The translations under genes and the position numbers were made by a program. Under the pieces are notes generated by a model. It searched no databases. It worked only from the letters and a program-made list of their open reading frames with translations, and was not told the origin of the DNA. DNA of 64,000 nt from an uncultured cyanobacterium. Its GTDB lineage: Bacteria > Cyanobacteriota > Cyanobacteriia > Cyanobacteriales > CAWCAG01. The stretch is from positions 416,001-480,000 of the forward strand of contig CAWDOD010000002.1 of the NCBI GenBank assembly GCA_963803805.1. The letters are read 5' to 3'. Position 1 is the first letter of the stretch. Every line of letters begins with the position of its first letter. Shown piece after piece: positions 40,785 through 50,793 of the stretch.

Positions 40785-42023
40785 CTATTCTAAGCTTTGA
40801 ATCGCAAACTTCACCTTTTCCCTCACAGCTTGCCAAGAATATTCTGCTTGTAGCAACTCATATCCCCCTTGAGCTAAATTTCGTCCCAGGTTGGGATCAG
40901 ACCAAAGTTGACTTACCGCAGCAACAATTTCTTCTACACTATCTCTAATCAGCAAATGTGTGCCATCTTCGGCTTTAATACCTTCAGCCCCCTTACTTGT
41001 ACTAACCACAGGACAGCCAGCAGCGAAAGCTTCGAGGATTTTCAGGCGCGTACCTCCTCCTTCTAACAAAGGTACTACCATGACCCTAGCAGCAGCTAAA
41101 TAGGGACGAATATCTTCCACCTTACCTGTAACGATTATACCGGGTTCTTTTTTTGCTATCTGTTTCATGTAAGCTGTGGGGTTGCGCCCGACTAAAAGTA
41201 AGCGACAATGGGGATAAATTTCTTGCAATCGTGGGTAAATTTTTTCTACTAGCATCCTCATAGCAACAAGGTTAGGTTCGTGGGTATAGGAAGCTGTAAA
41301 AATAAGGGTTTGAGAGTTTGGCGACAACTCTGGGGGTATATAACATTGACCAAGGCGTACTGGGTCGTAGTATTCTGGATTAACACCATTAGAAACAACA
41401 TGAGTATCAGCTTTTTTCGTCGCTAACTTTTGCAGAAGAGAAGCATCTTCCTCGCTACAAACCCAAACTTGATTTGTTTGATTAAAGAGATTTTGCTCTA
41501 TAGTTTCTATATGTTTGAGCCAAGATTGAGAAACCTTTTTATCCAAACTTGTTTGCATTTCTTGACGCAAAAAAGTTTCGATATTATGAGCATCATAAAT
41601 TACTTTGCAATCATGACGTTTAAATAAGCTTAAGTAACGGTGGAGCCACAATTCTTCTAAGATGACGATTGAAGGTTTAAATTCAGCTAATATTTCCTTG
41701 ATTTGTTTAACTACAACCTCTCCATACAACTGATTACTCCAGGGATGATGGGCAGGTTGCAACCACCACAACTTATCTTTGATTTTCCTAAAGATGGATT
41801 GCCCTTTAGCAAGTTCTTCAAAATAATAGTTATGCCAAATCTCCACTCCTTCAGGAAATTTCCCCTCACCCTTTACTTTCTCAGAAACAATAGAAACAAC
41901 GGCTACTGACCCCAGGGTTTTCATGATATTAATATTTTGCCAGTTGCGTAAAGCGACTCCACCCATAGGCGGATAGGGTAAATGCCTGGTTATAAACAGG
42001 GTCGAAATTGCTTTTTTATTCAC
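40785..42023 (-). CDS. Glycosyltransferase family 4
   Basis: PYPPMGG, DAHNIE, GGGTRLKILEAFA, STSKGAEG. Confidence 0.92.
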   Translation of the reverse strand: MNKKAISTLFITRHLPYPPMGGVALRNWQNINIMKTLGSVAVVSIVSEKVKGEGKFPEGVEIWHNYYFEELAKGQSIFRKIKDKLWWLQPAHHPWSNQLYGEVVVKQIKEILAEFKPSIVILEELWLHRYLSLFKRHDCKVIYDAHNIETFLRQEMQTSLDKKVSQSWLKHIETIEQNLFNQTNQVWVCSEEDASLLQKLATKKADTHVVSNGVNPEYYDPVRLGQCYIPPELSPNSQTLIFTASYTHEPNLVAMRMLVEKIYPRLQEIYPHCRLLLVGRNPTAYMKQIAKKEPGIIVTGKVEDIRPYLAAARVMVVPLLEGGGTRLKILEAFAAGCPVVSTSKGAEGIKAEDGTHLLIRDSVEEIVAAVSQLWSDPNLGRNLAQGGYELLQAEYSWQAVREKVKFAIQSLE

Positions 42024-42119
42024 TGAGAATTGCTTCTAATAAAAATAACAAAGAGCGGATTAGATTCTCAGCTAAACCCGCCCACAAGTATATATATCCC
42101 AATCTTCAGCTAAATATTG

Positions 42120-43982
42120 CTATAGTTTCGCGCCACAATCAGGACAGAAGTTATTGGTAGAAGGATTTTTGACACCGCAACTACTACAGTTAATTAATTC
42201 TGCTGCCTTTTCTAAAGGACTTTTTTCCGGTAGTCCTACCATTTGAGCATTATTTTTGCCCGGTGGAATCATCGGATAGCAGTTTTCGTCCCTAGTTACT
42301 TGGGCATCTATTAAGACAGGGCCTTCATAGGCAAGCATTTCGGCGATCGCATCTGCTAAATTATCCCGTTCTTTTAATACCATACCTTTAACCCCAAAGG
42401 CTTTAGCAAGAAGTTCAAAGTCTGGCATTCCTGCTTGCATATTAGAAGAGGAGTAACGTTCACCGAAGAAGTTTTGCTGCCATTGCCTAACCATACCTTG
42501 CCAGCCATTGTTGATAATCACTGTTTTGACACTGATGTCATATTGAGCCAAAGTAGCCAATTCTTGCAGGTTCATTTGAAAGCTAGCATCGCCACTAATA
42601 CAAATTACTTCTTCTTCTGGGAGGGCAATTTTTGCTCCCATAGCAGCAGGCAAGCCGTAACCCATTGTTCCCAAACCAGCACTAGAAATCCAGCGTCGAG
42701 GGCCATTTTTAAGGAATTGGGCAGACCACATTTGATGTTGTCCAACATCAGTGGTGTAGTAAGCATCTGGGGCCTGGTTGGCAATTTCTACAATTACTTC
42801 TTGGGGAGATAAACTATGACGATGGCGAGGGATGACCAAAGGATAATCTTTACGCCAGCCCGCAATTTTATCTCGCCAACTTTGAGTACGTTCATAATTA
42901 GGAGCAATTTCCAACTCCTCAACGCGCTGAAGAATTTGTTTAAGGACTTGACGTACATCACCAACAATAGGTACTTCCGGGGCGCGGTTTTTACCAACTT
43001 CAGCCGGATCAATGTCAATATGAATTACTTTAGCGCGAGATGCAAATTCATCTAACTTTCCTGTTACCCTGTCATCAAATCTTGCTCCTACAGCGATTAA
43101 AAGGTCACATTCACTAACCGCAAAGTTGGCATAGGCAGTACCGTGCATCCCTAACATACTCACAGCCAGGGGATGATGTTCATCAAATGCCCCCAAACCC
43201 ATTAAGGTGGTGGTGACAGGTATTTGAAAATGCTCTGCTAACTGTTTTAATTCTCCATGGGCGCTAGCAGAAATTGCTCCTCCCCCGACATAAAGTAAAG
43301 GACGTTGGGAACGTTCAATTAATTTAATAGCTTGGTTAATTTGCCGAGGATTACCTTTAACCGTCGGGCGATAGCCAGATAATTTTACTGTACCTGGTTC
43401 TACAGGAACATAGTTAAATTCTTCTAGCCCGACATCTTTAGGAACATCAATTAATACTGGCCCCGGACGACCTGTGCTAGCAATATAAAAAGCTTCTGCG
43501 ACTACCCTGGCCATATCTTGGGGACGGCGCACTACATAGGAATTTTTAACTATAGGAAGAGTAATACCAAAAATATCAGTTTCTTGAAAAGCATCTGTAC
43601 CAATTGACCCAGTTGCTACTTGTCCGGTGACAACTACCATGGGGATCGAGTCCATGTGGGCAGTGGCAATACCTGTAACCAGATTAGTCGCCCCAGGGCC
43701 AGAGGTGGCGAAACAGACACCAACTTTACCTGTAGCACGGGCATAACCATCAGCAGCATGGGAAGCCCCTTGTTCATGGCGGACTAAAATATGTTTGAGG
43801 TGGCCTTTTTCTTCCGCTCGATATAATTCATCATAGATAGGCAAAATAGCCCCACCAGGGTAGCCAAAAATATGCTTGACACCATGACGAACGAGACTGT
43901 CAATTAAGGCAAATGCACCAGTTGCGCGGCTAGGCACAACTAAAGGAGGTTTAGCTTGGGAAATAGCAGTTAAAGAAACCAC
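42120..43982 (-). CDS. ilvB: Acetolactate synthase large subunit
   Basis: [30 protein letters not shown]-terminal CxxC...CxxC ribbon. Confidence 0.97.
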   Translation of the reverse strand: MVSLTAISQAKPPLVVPSRATGAFALIDSLVRHGVKHIFGYPGGAILPIYDELYRAEEKGHLKHILVRHEQGASHAADGYARATGKVGVCFATSGPGATNLVTGIATAHMDSIPMVVVTGQVATGSIGTDAFQETDIFGITLPIVKNSYVVRRPQDMARVVAEAFYIASTGRPGPVLIDVPKDVGLEEFNYVPVEPGTVKLSGYRPTVKGNPRQINQAIKLIERSQRPLLYVGGGAISASAHGELKQLAEHFQIPVTTTLMGLGAFDEHHPLAVSMLGMHGTAYANFAVSECDLLIAVGARFDDRVTGKLDEFASRAKVIHIDIDPAEVGKNRAPEVPIVGDVRQVLKQILQRVEELEIAPNYERTQSWRDKIAGWRKDYPLVIPRHRHSLSPQEVIVEIANQAPDAYYTTDVGQHQMWSAQFLKNGPRRWISSAGLGTMGYGLPAAMGAKIALPEEEVICISGDASFQMNLQELATLAQYDISVKTVIINNGWQGMVRQWQQNFFGERYSSSNMQAGMPDFELLAKAFGVKGMVLKERDNLADAIAEMLAYEGPVLIDAQVTRDENCYPMIPPGKNNAQMVGLPEKSPLEKAAELINCSSCGVKNPSTNNFCPDCGAKL

Positions 43983-44178
43983 GATGATACCTTTTCTGGT
44001 TAGATAATTGTTTATCTTAAATTTTGTTGCTAAGTATGCAACCTATAGCTCAAAAATTTGATATTAATTAATGTTCTGATTTTAGGCTGAGAGATGTGGA
44101 GATGTAAACTCTCTGTTAATATTGCAATTGGTGGGGTAATGGGGTAAAAGGTTTTAGAATTAAACTATCTGGCCAAAA

Positions 44179-46311
44179 TCAAGAGTTTCCCTCTGTCTCT
44201 GGGAGGATTTGTACCCTGGCGAATTTTAATCCGGTCACACCTTGCAAAGGTTCTACCATCCCGGAAGTAGTTTCTTTGGCAATCCAAGCTTCTCGCTGTA
44301 AATAGGCCAAATACTGACGATATTCTAACCACTCTTCTTCGGTAGAATAGACAAGGGTTAACATTCCTGGTTGAGTGATGCGTTCTCTAGTTTGGGCATC
44401 CACCGCTTTGTCGATGCGCTTTTTAACAATTTCGTAACGGGTATCCCTAGTACTACCTTTAATATCAAAAAGCCTTTCTGTACGTTCATCATGAACAATA
44501 TCTACCGTTGTATCCTGTACCAAAACTAAGTGGGTTAATTCTAAGCTTTGGTTGGAGACTTGGTGCAAAGAAAAGCAACTCCTGGCACAGTCGCAGATTG
44601 CCCTTAACTGTTCGTAGCGTAGACTGTGAAGGTTAAAGAGAGAAAATTGTCGCTTAATAGAAGAACCGGCATAAAGCATATGATCCATGCCATCAGTCAA
44701 TTCAATGTCGCAGTAATGAGGGACAATTTCCTGCATATGTTCTTGCCAGCGTTCCCAAGTTTTTTGTAGGTGGTGATTAATTTCTTGGATAGTTTTATCA
44801 TAGCGATCGCGGGCTACATAAACACAACGGTGTTCGTTAGCAATAGCTTTTTCATAAGTAGCGATCCCTTGGGCAACTTCAGCCCCATATTGTTGCCAAG
44901 AATCAAAATAAGCCTCACAATTTTCTTTCAAGTAGTCGATGGCTTTGACTTCATCTTCTACTAAAATTCCTTGGCTAAGACGTTCTACGTAGGCTAACAA
45001 ATCTACTTTTAATTGCCTTAAGAAGGCGATATTACGCTTTTGGCAAGCAGCTTCGATAATCTTTAAAGCTAGGCAAAATTGAGCTTGTAAGTCTTTTTGA
45101 ATTGCTTGGTTGCGTTCATGGGAAGATCCCCGAATGTCAGAGATTCCATACATAGGATAGACATTTTTGAAGACAATGGGTTCTGGAGGTAAACCTAAGC
45201 TACGCCTTTCTGCTTCTTGAGAGAAACGCCATTCCACTGCCGGGTGAATATGGGTGAATTGTCCTTCTACTCCCTGACGTAAAGCCATTCTTAAAGCAGG
45301 AAGTAGTTTGGAACCATAATTAATATCAAGTTGATTAAAATGATAGGGGCGATCGCTGGCTATGGCGACAATACCCATCAATCTTTCCGATGGTTCTTGG
45401 GTTTCTGAGGCTAGCAGTAAAGGAATAAGTAATAGGGAACGTATCCCTTGATTCAATAGGCTTTGTTCCCATTGTGTTTGACAGCCTTTACTAAGATCTC
45501 CGATGGTAACAACTTTTTCTGTATTAACCGCTTGAAAAAAGCAAGAATCTGCTAAGGTTTTCAGAGAAGGAAGTTCTGATTGTTGTACTTGCTCCCCAGC
45601 ACAAGTAAACATCCTGATTTGTTCGTGTTTAAAACTAATCAAAAGGTTTTTTTGAGCGCGGAATAGCAACTGCAACTTTTCTGTGATTAGTTTGAATTTT
45701 TCTGGTCTAAATACAGAATCTCGCTCCAATAAAAGGGCAATAATACGTTGTATAGTTTCTTGGGCAGTAATATCTACCCCTTCCCACAACCAAAAACCTT
45801 TAACTCGGTAATTACTTAATTTTAGTTTTTGTTGCCAACCAGGTTCTATACCTTGGCAAGCAACAATTTGAGAGACATCAAATTCAGCCAATTCATCTCT
45901 GGTAGGATCGATGCGTTCTATGGTAAGTTGTTCAGAACGCAACCAGAATTGAATGTAGCGTAGTTCTTGATTGGGAGTTGATAAAGTTGCGATCGCTGGT
46001 TCTTCTATTACTTCCCAACAAGAATGTTTGATACCATAAACATCTCGTAAAACCAGAGGTAATAAATGACGGCGGTAAAGTTGTTCCCAACTAAAGCGAT
46101 CCCAATCTGCAAAAAGTTCTAATAAGGTTGTTAAAGGGTTTGAAGCAATACGACGTAGAGATTCGTTAGCATATTTAATAGTTAAGGTTCCCGGTTCCAC
46201 AGCAGCCATAAGAAACTTACTAGATGCTGGTAGTGCCATCAATAAGTCTTTCTCAACAATACCGTTATTATTTACGATGGATGGCTTTGTTTTTGCCTCG
46301 GATAAACTCAT
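44179..46311 (-). CDS. GAF-domain protein with uncharacterised C-terminal region
   Basis: Central GAF-like IRSLLLIPL...MGIVAIAS...F; IHPAVEWRF, YGISDIRGSS, YEIVKKRIDK; no recognised output domain. Confidence 0.75.
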   Translation of the reverse strand: MSLSEAKTKPSIVNNNGIVEKDLLMALPASSKFLMAAVEPGTLTIKYANESLRRIASNPLTTLLELFADWDRFSWEQLYRRHLLPLVLRDVYGIKHSCWEVIEEPAIATLSTPNQELRYIQFWLRSEQLTIERIDPTRDELAEFDVSQIVACQGIEPGWQQKLKLSNYRVKGFWLWEGVDITAQETIQRIIALLLERDSVFRPEKFKLITEKLQLLFRAQKNLLISFKHEQIRMFTCAGEQVQQSELPSLKTLADSCFFQAVNTEKVVTIGDLSKGCQTQWEQSLLNQGIRSLLLIPLLLASETQEPSERLMGIVAIASDRPYHFNQLDINYGSKLLPALRMALRQGVEGQFTHIHPAVEWRFSQEAERRSLGLPPEPIVFKNVYPMYGISDIRGSSHERNQAIQKDLQAQFCLALKIIEAACQKRNIAFLRQLKVDLLAYVERLSQGILVEDEVKAIDYLKENCEAYFDSWQQYGAEVAQGIATYEKAIANEHRCVYVARDRYDKTIQEINHHLQKTWERWQEHMQEIVPHYCDIELTDGMDHMLYAGSSIKRQFSLFNLHSLRYEQLRAICDCARSCFSLHQVSNQSLELTHLVLVQDTTVDIVHDERTERLFDIKGSTRDTRYEIVKKRIDKAVDAQTRERITQPGMLTLVYSTEEEWLEYRQYLAYLQREAWIAKETTSGMVEPLQGVTGLKFARVQILPETEGNS

Positions 46312-46422
46312 ATCAAATCCGACTCTTACTAGGCTATATTAAATTGCTTTTTATTCTAACCTTAAGGTTAGCTAAGGGTTCCTAGAATAATATACAAACC
46401 TGAATTTTTCCTAAGTTTTGAC

Positions 46423-47142
46423 CTAATAGCTGTTAGCTTTTTCTTGATAAGGAAACAACCCTGATTCTATGGGAGGGCGTAAACACAAGTAAGCTAAAGC
46501 CCCGATTAAAGGAACTAAGCTAACGGCCCAAAAAATCCAGGTACTCTTGATACCTCTCCTTGCTAAATCATCTCTCAAAAGGGCGGGAAATACCAAACCA
46601 AGTAGACAAAAGTCTAAACTCATGACGTGTATAAAACGATTTGTTTGCCACTGTTGCAGGAAATCTGACCAATCACCTTGCCACAAACCAAATATTAGTA
46701 AGGTTCCTGCGGCTAAGGTTAACCCTAGTCCTAACCAACGGGAATCTTGTAATTTTAAAAACCAGTTTTTCTCTCCCGGAAATTGAGGATTCCTTTGACG
46801 CAACGCTAAGTAGGGCAGTATGGCAAAAGCACCTACACCAAAGGAAAAGGTTACAAAAGGCCAAGCAGGTATTTTTTGTCCCCGACCATCAATGAATAAC
46901 ATACAACCATAAATCATCGGCCAAATTCCCATGAGGTTGAATAAAGCGATAATTAAAGGATTGATACCTGCCCATTCTCCTGTAGAAAGTTTGGTGATCA
47001 ATTCAAAGGTGTCTGGTTGTTGAGGAGGGGCGAGGAAAAAAGCGTAAATGGTGAATGTTAGCCATATTAGTACGAAGCTGATTTTTTTCTTCATGGGGAG
47101 CAGTTTTAAGTAATAAGTTTTAGCTGTGGAAGAAACAACCAC
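46423..47142 (-). CDS. DUF2834-like membrane protein
   Basis: Multiple TM segments; GAFAILPYLALR, FIHVMSLDF, DDLARRG. Confidence 0.7.
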   Translation of the reverse strand: MVVSSTAKTYYLKLLPMKKKISFVLIWLTFTIYAFFLAPPQQPDTFELITKLSTGEWAGINPLIIALFNLMGIWPMIYGCMLFIDGRGQKIPAWPFVTFSFGVGAFAILPYLALRQRNPQFPGEKNWFLKLQDSRWLGLGLTLAAGTLLIFGLWQGDWSDFLQQWQTNRFIHVMSLDFCLLGLVFPALLRDDLARRGIKSTWIFWAVSLVPLIGALAYLCLRPPIESGLFPYQEKANSY

Positions 47143-47234
47143 TTCTTCACATTGAGAATTATTTTATTGATTGGGGTGTTGGTTTGTGTTGTTTTGAAGG
47201 TATCTATAAAGATATCTACATTCGATCATGTTTT

Positions 47235-47770
47235 CTATGATTTTGACCAATCATCTATTGACAAGTCTTTAATTTTCCCAAAATCGATGTGTTTCTGGTT
47301 AGAAGAGTTGCCTTCTTCACAATAGAAATTGCGGCAATTCTCAGATCCATCGTTCCTAGACGTGGATAAAGCTTTCTCAAACGCTGATATTCCACACCAG
47401 CAGTTTGATCAAAGGGGATAATTTGAATTGAACGATAATTTTCTGAAAGCTTTTGTAGCCATTAGACATCTCCGATAATTAAAAATCCAATCAATTCTCA
47501 TACCGAAATTATCAATTCTTACCACTGTTCCCTGTTCCCCGTTCCCCGTTCCCTCTTTTCCGGAGATGTCTATTGATATGCCATTACTTGCTCATCCAGA
47601 GTTTTTGATCTGGAGAGAACACTAAGTCTCCCTCTAAGTTGCTCTTCGTAGGTAATGATAGTGACCGCAACTGAAACGTCATCCAGAGTTGCCAATCTTG
47701 CTAAAATTTGCCTTCCTTGTTGATTGTTTCTCTGAATCAGGCTGAGATGATCAGTATCCAGGATGTACAT
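47235..47770 (-). pseudogene. VapC/PIN toxin disrupted by a MITE
   Basis: MYILDTDHLS...ITYEEQLRG...MAYQ, then the insertion, then WLQKLSENY...GTMDLRIAAI...LLTRN...DDWSKS. Confidence 0.88.
47464..47571. mobile_element. MITE family C (108 bp) with 3-bp TSD ATT
   Basis: 11-bp TIR AGACATCTCCG/CGGAGATGTCT; ATT at 47461-47463 and 47572-47574; internal GTTCCCY heptamers. Confidence 0.9.
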
Positions 47771-47787
47771 AATGAAACGCTATGCTT

Positions 47788-48000
47788 CTAATCCGCAGAC
47801 TTACGCCATTCTTGGCCAAGTTTGACCGCTTCCTCAAATTTCGGATCATCTTCAAAGCTACCTGCTATACTTACCCACCACGGGGTTTCTTTTTGAAGCA
47901 AACCGGTAAGTAGCTGTTTCAATTTTGATAGTTCTGTTTCCAAAGTCGCAACTCGCACTTCGAGGTGTCGAGAAGGATTATCCAGTTGTTGGGAAGTCAT
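47788..48000 (-). CDS. Putative antitoxin of the PIN toxin
   Basis: 70 aa immediately upstream of vapC; LEVRVATLE...PWW...GSFEDDPKFEEAVKLGQEWR. Confidence 0.75.
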   Translation of the reverse strand: MTSQQLDNPSRHLEVRVATLETELSKLKQLLTGLLQKETPWWVSIAGSFEDDPKFEEAVKLGQEWRKSAD

Positions 48001-48245
48001 AAAAGCTTAGTAGGTGAATATTGTAGTCACATTTTAGCAACCTAGCCATATGGGAGTGCAGGAAATTCAAAACCTCTCAATAATTCAATACTTGATGGAT
48101 TGGAAGTCAATAAAATAAACATTAAACCTTATCGGAAATAGTGGAGATGCTTACTATATATTGTTAGGAATAATAGTTTGACCTGAATCGAGATAGGCGA
48201 TCGCTTCGCTGCATCATTAGGTTATCGCGTCTTCCCTACCAAACT

Positions 48246-48773
48246 CTACCAAAGCTTACAGTCGTTAAGAGAATCAACACACTTGATTGTGCCACCTTCA
48301 GGAAAAATAGCGGTATTTAATTTCAAAGCCTGCCAGCCTTCAGGATACTGTAGAGTATATACCGGCAAAAAATTACGGGCTAAGTCTCTTTCAAAACCAA
48401 ATCTAGAATAATACTGAGGGTCACCATAAACAAAAACGATAAATGAACCTATGTTAGAAATAATCTCTAAACCATACTTCACCAGTGAAGAGCCAATTCT
48501 ACTTTTTTGACATTTTGGAGATACTGCTAAGGGAGCAAGTAGATAAGCAAAATGCTCATTATTTTCTTGAAGATAGACTGGGCTAAAAGCTGTATGACCA
48601 ACGACTTCATTGTTTTCTATGGCAACAAGAGAAATTATATTTATTGGTGATTTTTCATTTAGAAGATTGATTGCAAAATCAGAAACCATCTGGGCTTCCG
48701 ATTTGTCAAAAGCTTGGAGATGAATATTCCTGATACTTTCAGAATCACTTAAATTTGCTTCTCTTATTTGCAT
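48246..48773 (-). CDS. GNAT N-acetyltransferase (YhbS-like)
   Basis: LAPLAVSPKCQKSRIGSSLV, VYGDPQYYSRFGF. Confidence 0.88.
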   Translation of the reverse strand: MQIREANLSDSESIRNIHLQAFDKSEAQMVSDFAINLLNEKSPINIISLVAIENNEVVGHTAFSPVYLQENNEHFAYLLAPLAVSPKCQKSRIGSSLVKYGLEIISNIGSFIVFVYGDPQYYSRFGFERDLARNFLPVYTLQYPEGWQALKLNTAIFPEGGTIKCVDSLNDCKLW

Positions 48774-48801
48774 AAATTTCTTTACTAGCGAACTGGCGGA
48801 C

Positions 48802-49155
48802 TTAAGTAAATCCGATACTCTTTGTTACTCTCTTCTCTAAAAGTTCAACCAATTCTGGCTGCATATACTTGTATGTGTCTGGAATACCCAAAACAACAAC
48901 TTTCTTGTTTTTTAGCAATGTACTGAAGCATTTAGTTATTTTCTCTTTGTGAGTCCTTTCCATCACAAAAACCACATCTGCCCACTCAATTAAATCACCA
49001 CTAATTGGTGTTTCCGAATCGCTATTTGTGCCAGCGCTTATTGATTCAATGCCCTCATAATTAGAGAAAACTTCTTCTGCTGTGGGGCTTCGCCATCTAT
49101 TTTTGCTACAGATAAAGAGTAATTTCATTCCTACTTTACTTTGAGGTTTAGGCAT
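48802..49155 (-). CDS. Low-molecular-weight protein tyrosine phosphatase-like protein
   Basis: LFICSKNRWRSPTAE (CX5R), SAGT, LGIPD. Confidence 0.88.
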   Translation of the reverse strand: MPKPQSKVGMKLLFICSKNRWRSPTAEEVFSNYEGIESISAGTNSDSETPISGDLIEWADVVFVMERTHKEKITKCFSTLLKNKKVVVLGIPDTYKYMQPELVELLEKRVTKSIGFT

Positions 49156-49339
49156 CGCGCACTATCTCCAGTGCCTCGCCTTTTGCGAGTAGCTTTGGGC
49201 CCTCCCTCCTGAATGCGCTATGTGCGGCCTACGGTCAAAGCATCGGAGAAACCGAGGTCATTTAGAAGGTGATTATCACCTCTTGCGTTTCTCCTCCCGC
49301 AATACACTCATCCGCAAGGATTTCGATCTAGCCTATGTA

Positions 49340-49625
49340 GAATTCTCGGCCATCCGTTTCTATTCCTACCCAGGTATCTGTTCCACAGATACCTGCACAA
49401 ATCCCTATCACTACTATATCTATACTATATCTATTAGTTTGTGTTCTTTGGTTCGCTCTACTCTTGGGTCTGTTAATTCCGTGAAGTGGTCAATTAGTGT
49501 GATTTTCGGTTTTAATTTCATGGCAGTAGATTCTCGGATTTCTCTGTTCTTGTACTAATCTACTTCTTTGTTCTTACTTTCCCGCTTTTCATACTATTTC
49601 ATACTATTTAGATGCAGTTGCCCTG
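49340..49625 (-). mobile_element. ISAs1-family insertion sequence remnant (left end plus transposase 5' fragment)
   Basis: Terminal CAGGGCAACTGCATCTAA (49625-49608). ATG at 49521 gives MKLKPKITLIDHFTELTDPRVERTKEHKLIDIV, then VIGICAGICGTDTWVGIE after an 11-bp tandem duplication (49413-49434). Confidence 0.85.
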
Positions 49626-49719
49626 CTCCACAGCCAAAGGCAAGTATATTTTTTGACGAAAACGGTATAAACTTTCACGCTTTGAACTATAATGCAACCC
49701 CTAGTAGCTCTGTGTCTAA

Positions 49720-50793
49720 ATGGCTAGGACTTTAATGAACCCATACCTTACTGATCTGAACTCTCTAAAGTTACCCCTAAAAAAGAGCAATGAACTCGTT
49801 GCGGTTTCCCTATTTTCGGGAGGTGGGGGGCTTGATTTAGGTTTGTCCCTTGCAGGATTTGATTTCAGATACTCTAATGATGAAGTTCAGTACTATTGTG
49901 ATACTATCGCGTACAATTTCTCTGACTGTATAGCAGAAGCTAAAGATGTTAGAGAGTTGAAAGGGAACATAATCAAAGACTTAATTAATACTGAGAAAAT
50001 AAGTCTCATTGCTGGAGGCCCACCCTGTCAAGCATTTAGCATCTTAGGCAAAAGGGGATCTTTCTCAGATATTCGAGGTCAGCTTGTGTTTGACTATATT
50101 CGTCTTATAAACGAGTTAAAGCCAGAAGCCTTCATTTTCGAGAATGTGCCAGGTTTGTTAACTCTCAACAACGGACAAGACTGGGAAAAGCTTTACTATC
50201 ACTTTCAAGCTGAGACAGGATACGACATTTATACTGAGATTTTGAATGCTGCTGACTATGGAGTGCCACAAATCAGGAAGAGAGTTTTTGTTGTAGGCTT
50301 TTGTGAACCTGCTGACTTTACCTTTCCTCAACCCAGATATCGTGATCCTTCGAGTTTAGACTTACTCAATCAAAATATTCCAGAGTGGATACCTGCCAAG
50401 CTTGCTTTAGAAAATATTGATGGCTTACATAATCATGATATTCGTGTTCATGGTGACAGAGTTCGTAGCCGATACGAAAAGATTCCACCAGGTAGAAGAG
50501 ACAAAGTAGACCATACAGATAGAATTGATCCCGAAAAACCTTCAGGAACAGTGCTGGTTGGTTCTAAAGCAGGTGGGGGTAGACCTCATATTCATCCATA
50601 TCTTCCTCGCCATATCACGGTTAGAGAAGCAGCACGTCTTCAGTCATTTCCGGATTGGTACAAGTTATTAGGAACATCAACAGCGCAGTACAGGCAGATT
50701 GGTAATGCTGTGCCTCCGATACTTGCTCTTGCCGTAGGTAAATCTATTCAAAATACTCTGGAAAGCTTGAATAATAAGGAGATGGTAGTTTGA
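49720..50793 (+). CDS. DNA (cytosine-5)-methyltransferase
   Basis: SLFSGGGG, GGPPCQAFS, FENV, YGVPQIRKR, REAARLQSFP, IGNAVPP. Confidence 0.96.
   Translation: MARTLMNPYLTDLNSLKLPLKKSNELVAVSLFSGGGGLDLGLSLAGFDFRYSNDEVQYYCDTIAYNFSDCIAEAKDVRELKGNIIKDLINTEKISLIAGGPPCQAFSILGKRGSFSDIRGQLVFDYIRLINELKPEAFIFENVPGLLTLNNGQDWEKLYYHFQAETGYDIYTEILNAADYGVPQIRKRVFVVGFCEPADFTFPQPRYRDPSSLDLLNQNIPEWIPAKLALENIDGLHNHDIRVHGDRVRSRYEKIPPGRRDKVDHTDRIDPEKPSGTVLVGSKAGGGRPHIHPYLPRHITVREAARLQSFPDWYKLLGTSTAQYRQIGNAVPPILALAVGKSIQNTLESLNNKEMVV

Noticed and set aside
42120-42190. Zinc-ribbon tail on IlvB as a novelty
   Set aside because: To my knowledge a common feature of cyanobacterial IlvB proteins.
48195-48235. attC-like start (GATAAC...ATGCAGCG on the minus strand) after the GNAT gene, suggesting integron cassettes
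   Set aside because: Only a half-site, cut off at a HIP1; no complementary GTTRRRY end, second attC or integrase.
49220-49558. 112-aa plus-strand ORF
   Set aside because: Antisense to the ISAs1 transposase remnant, which explains the region better.
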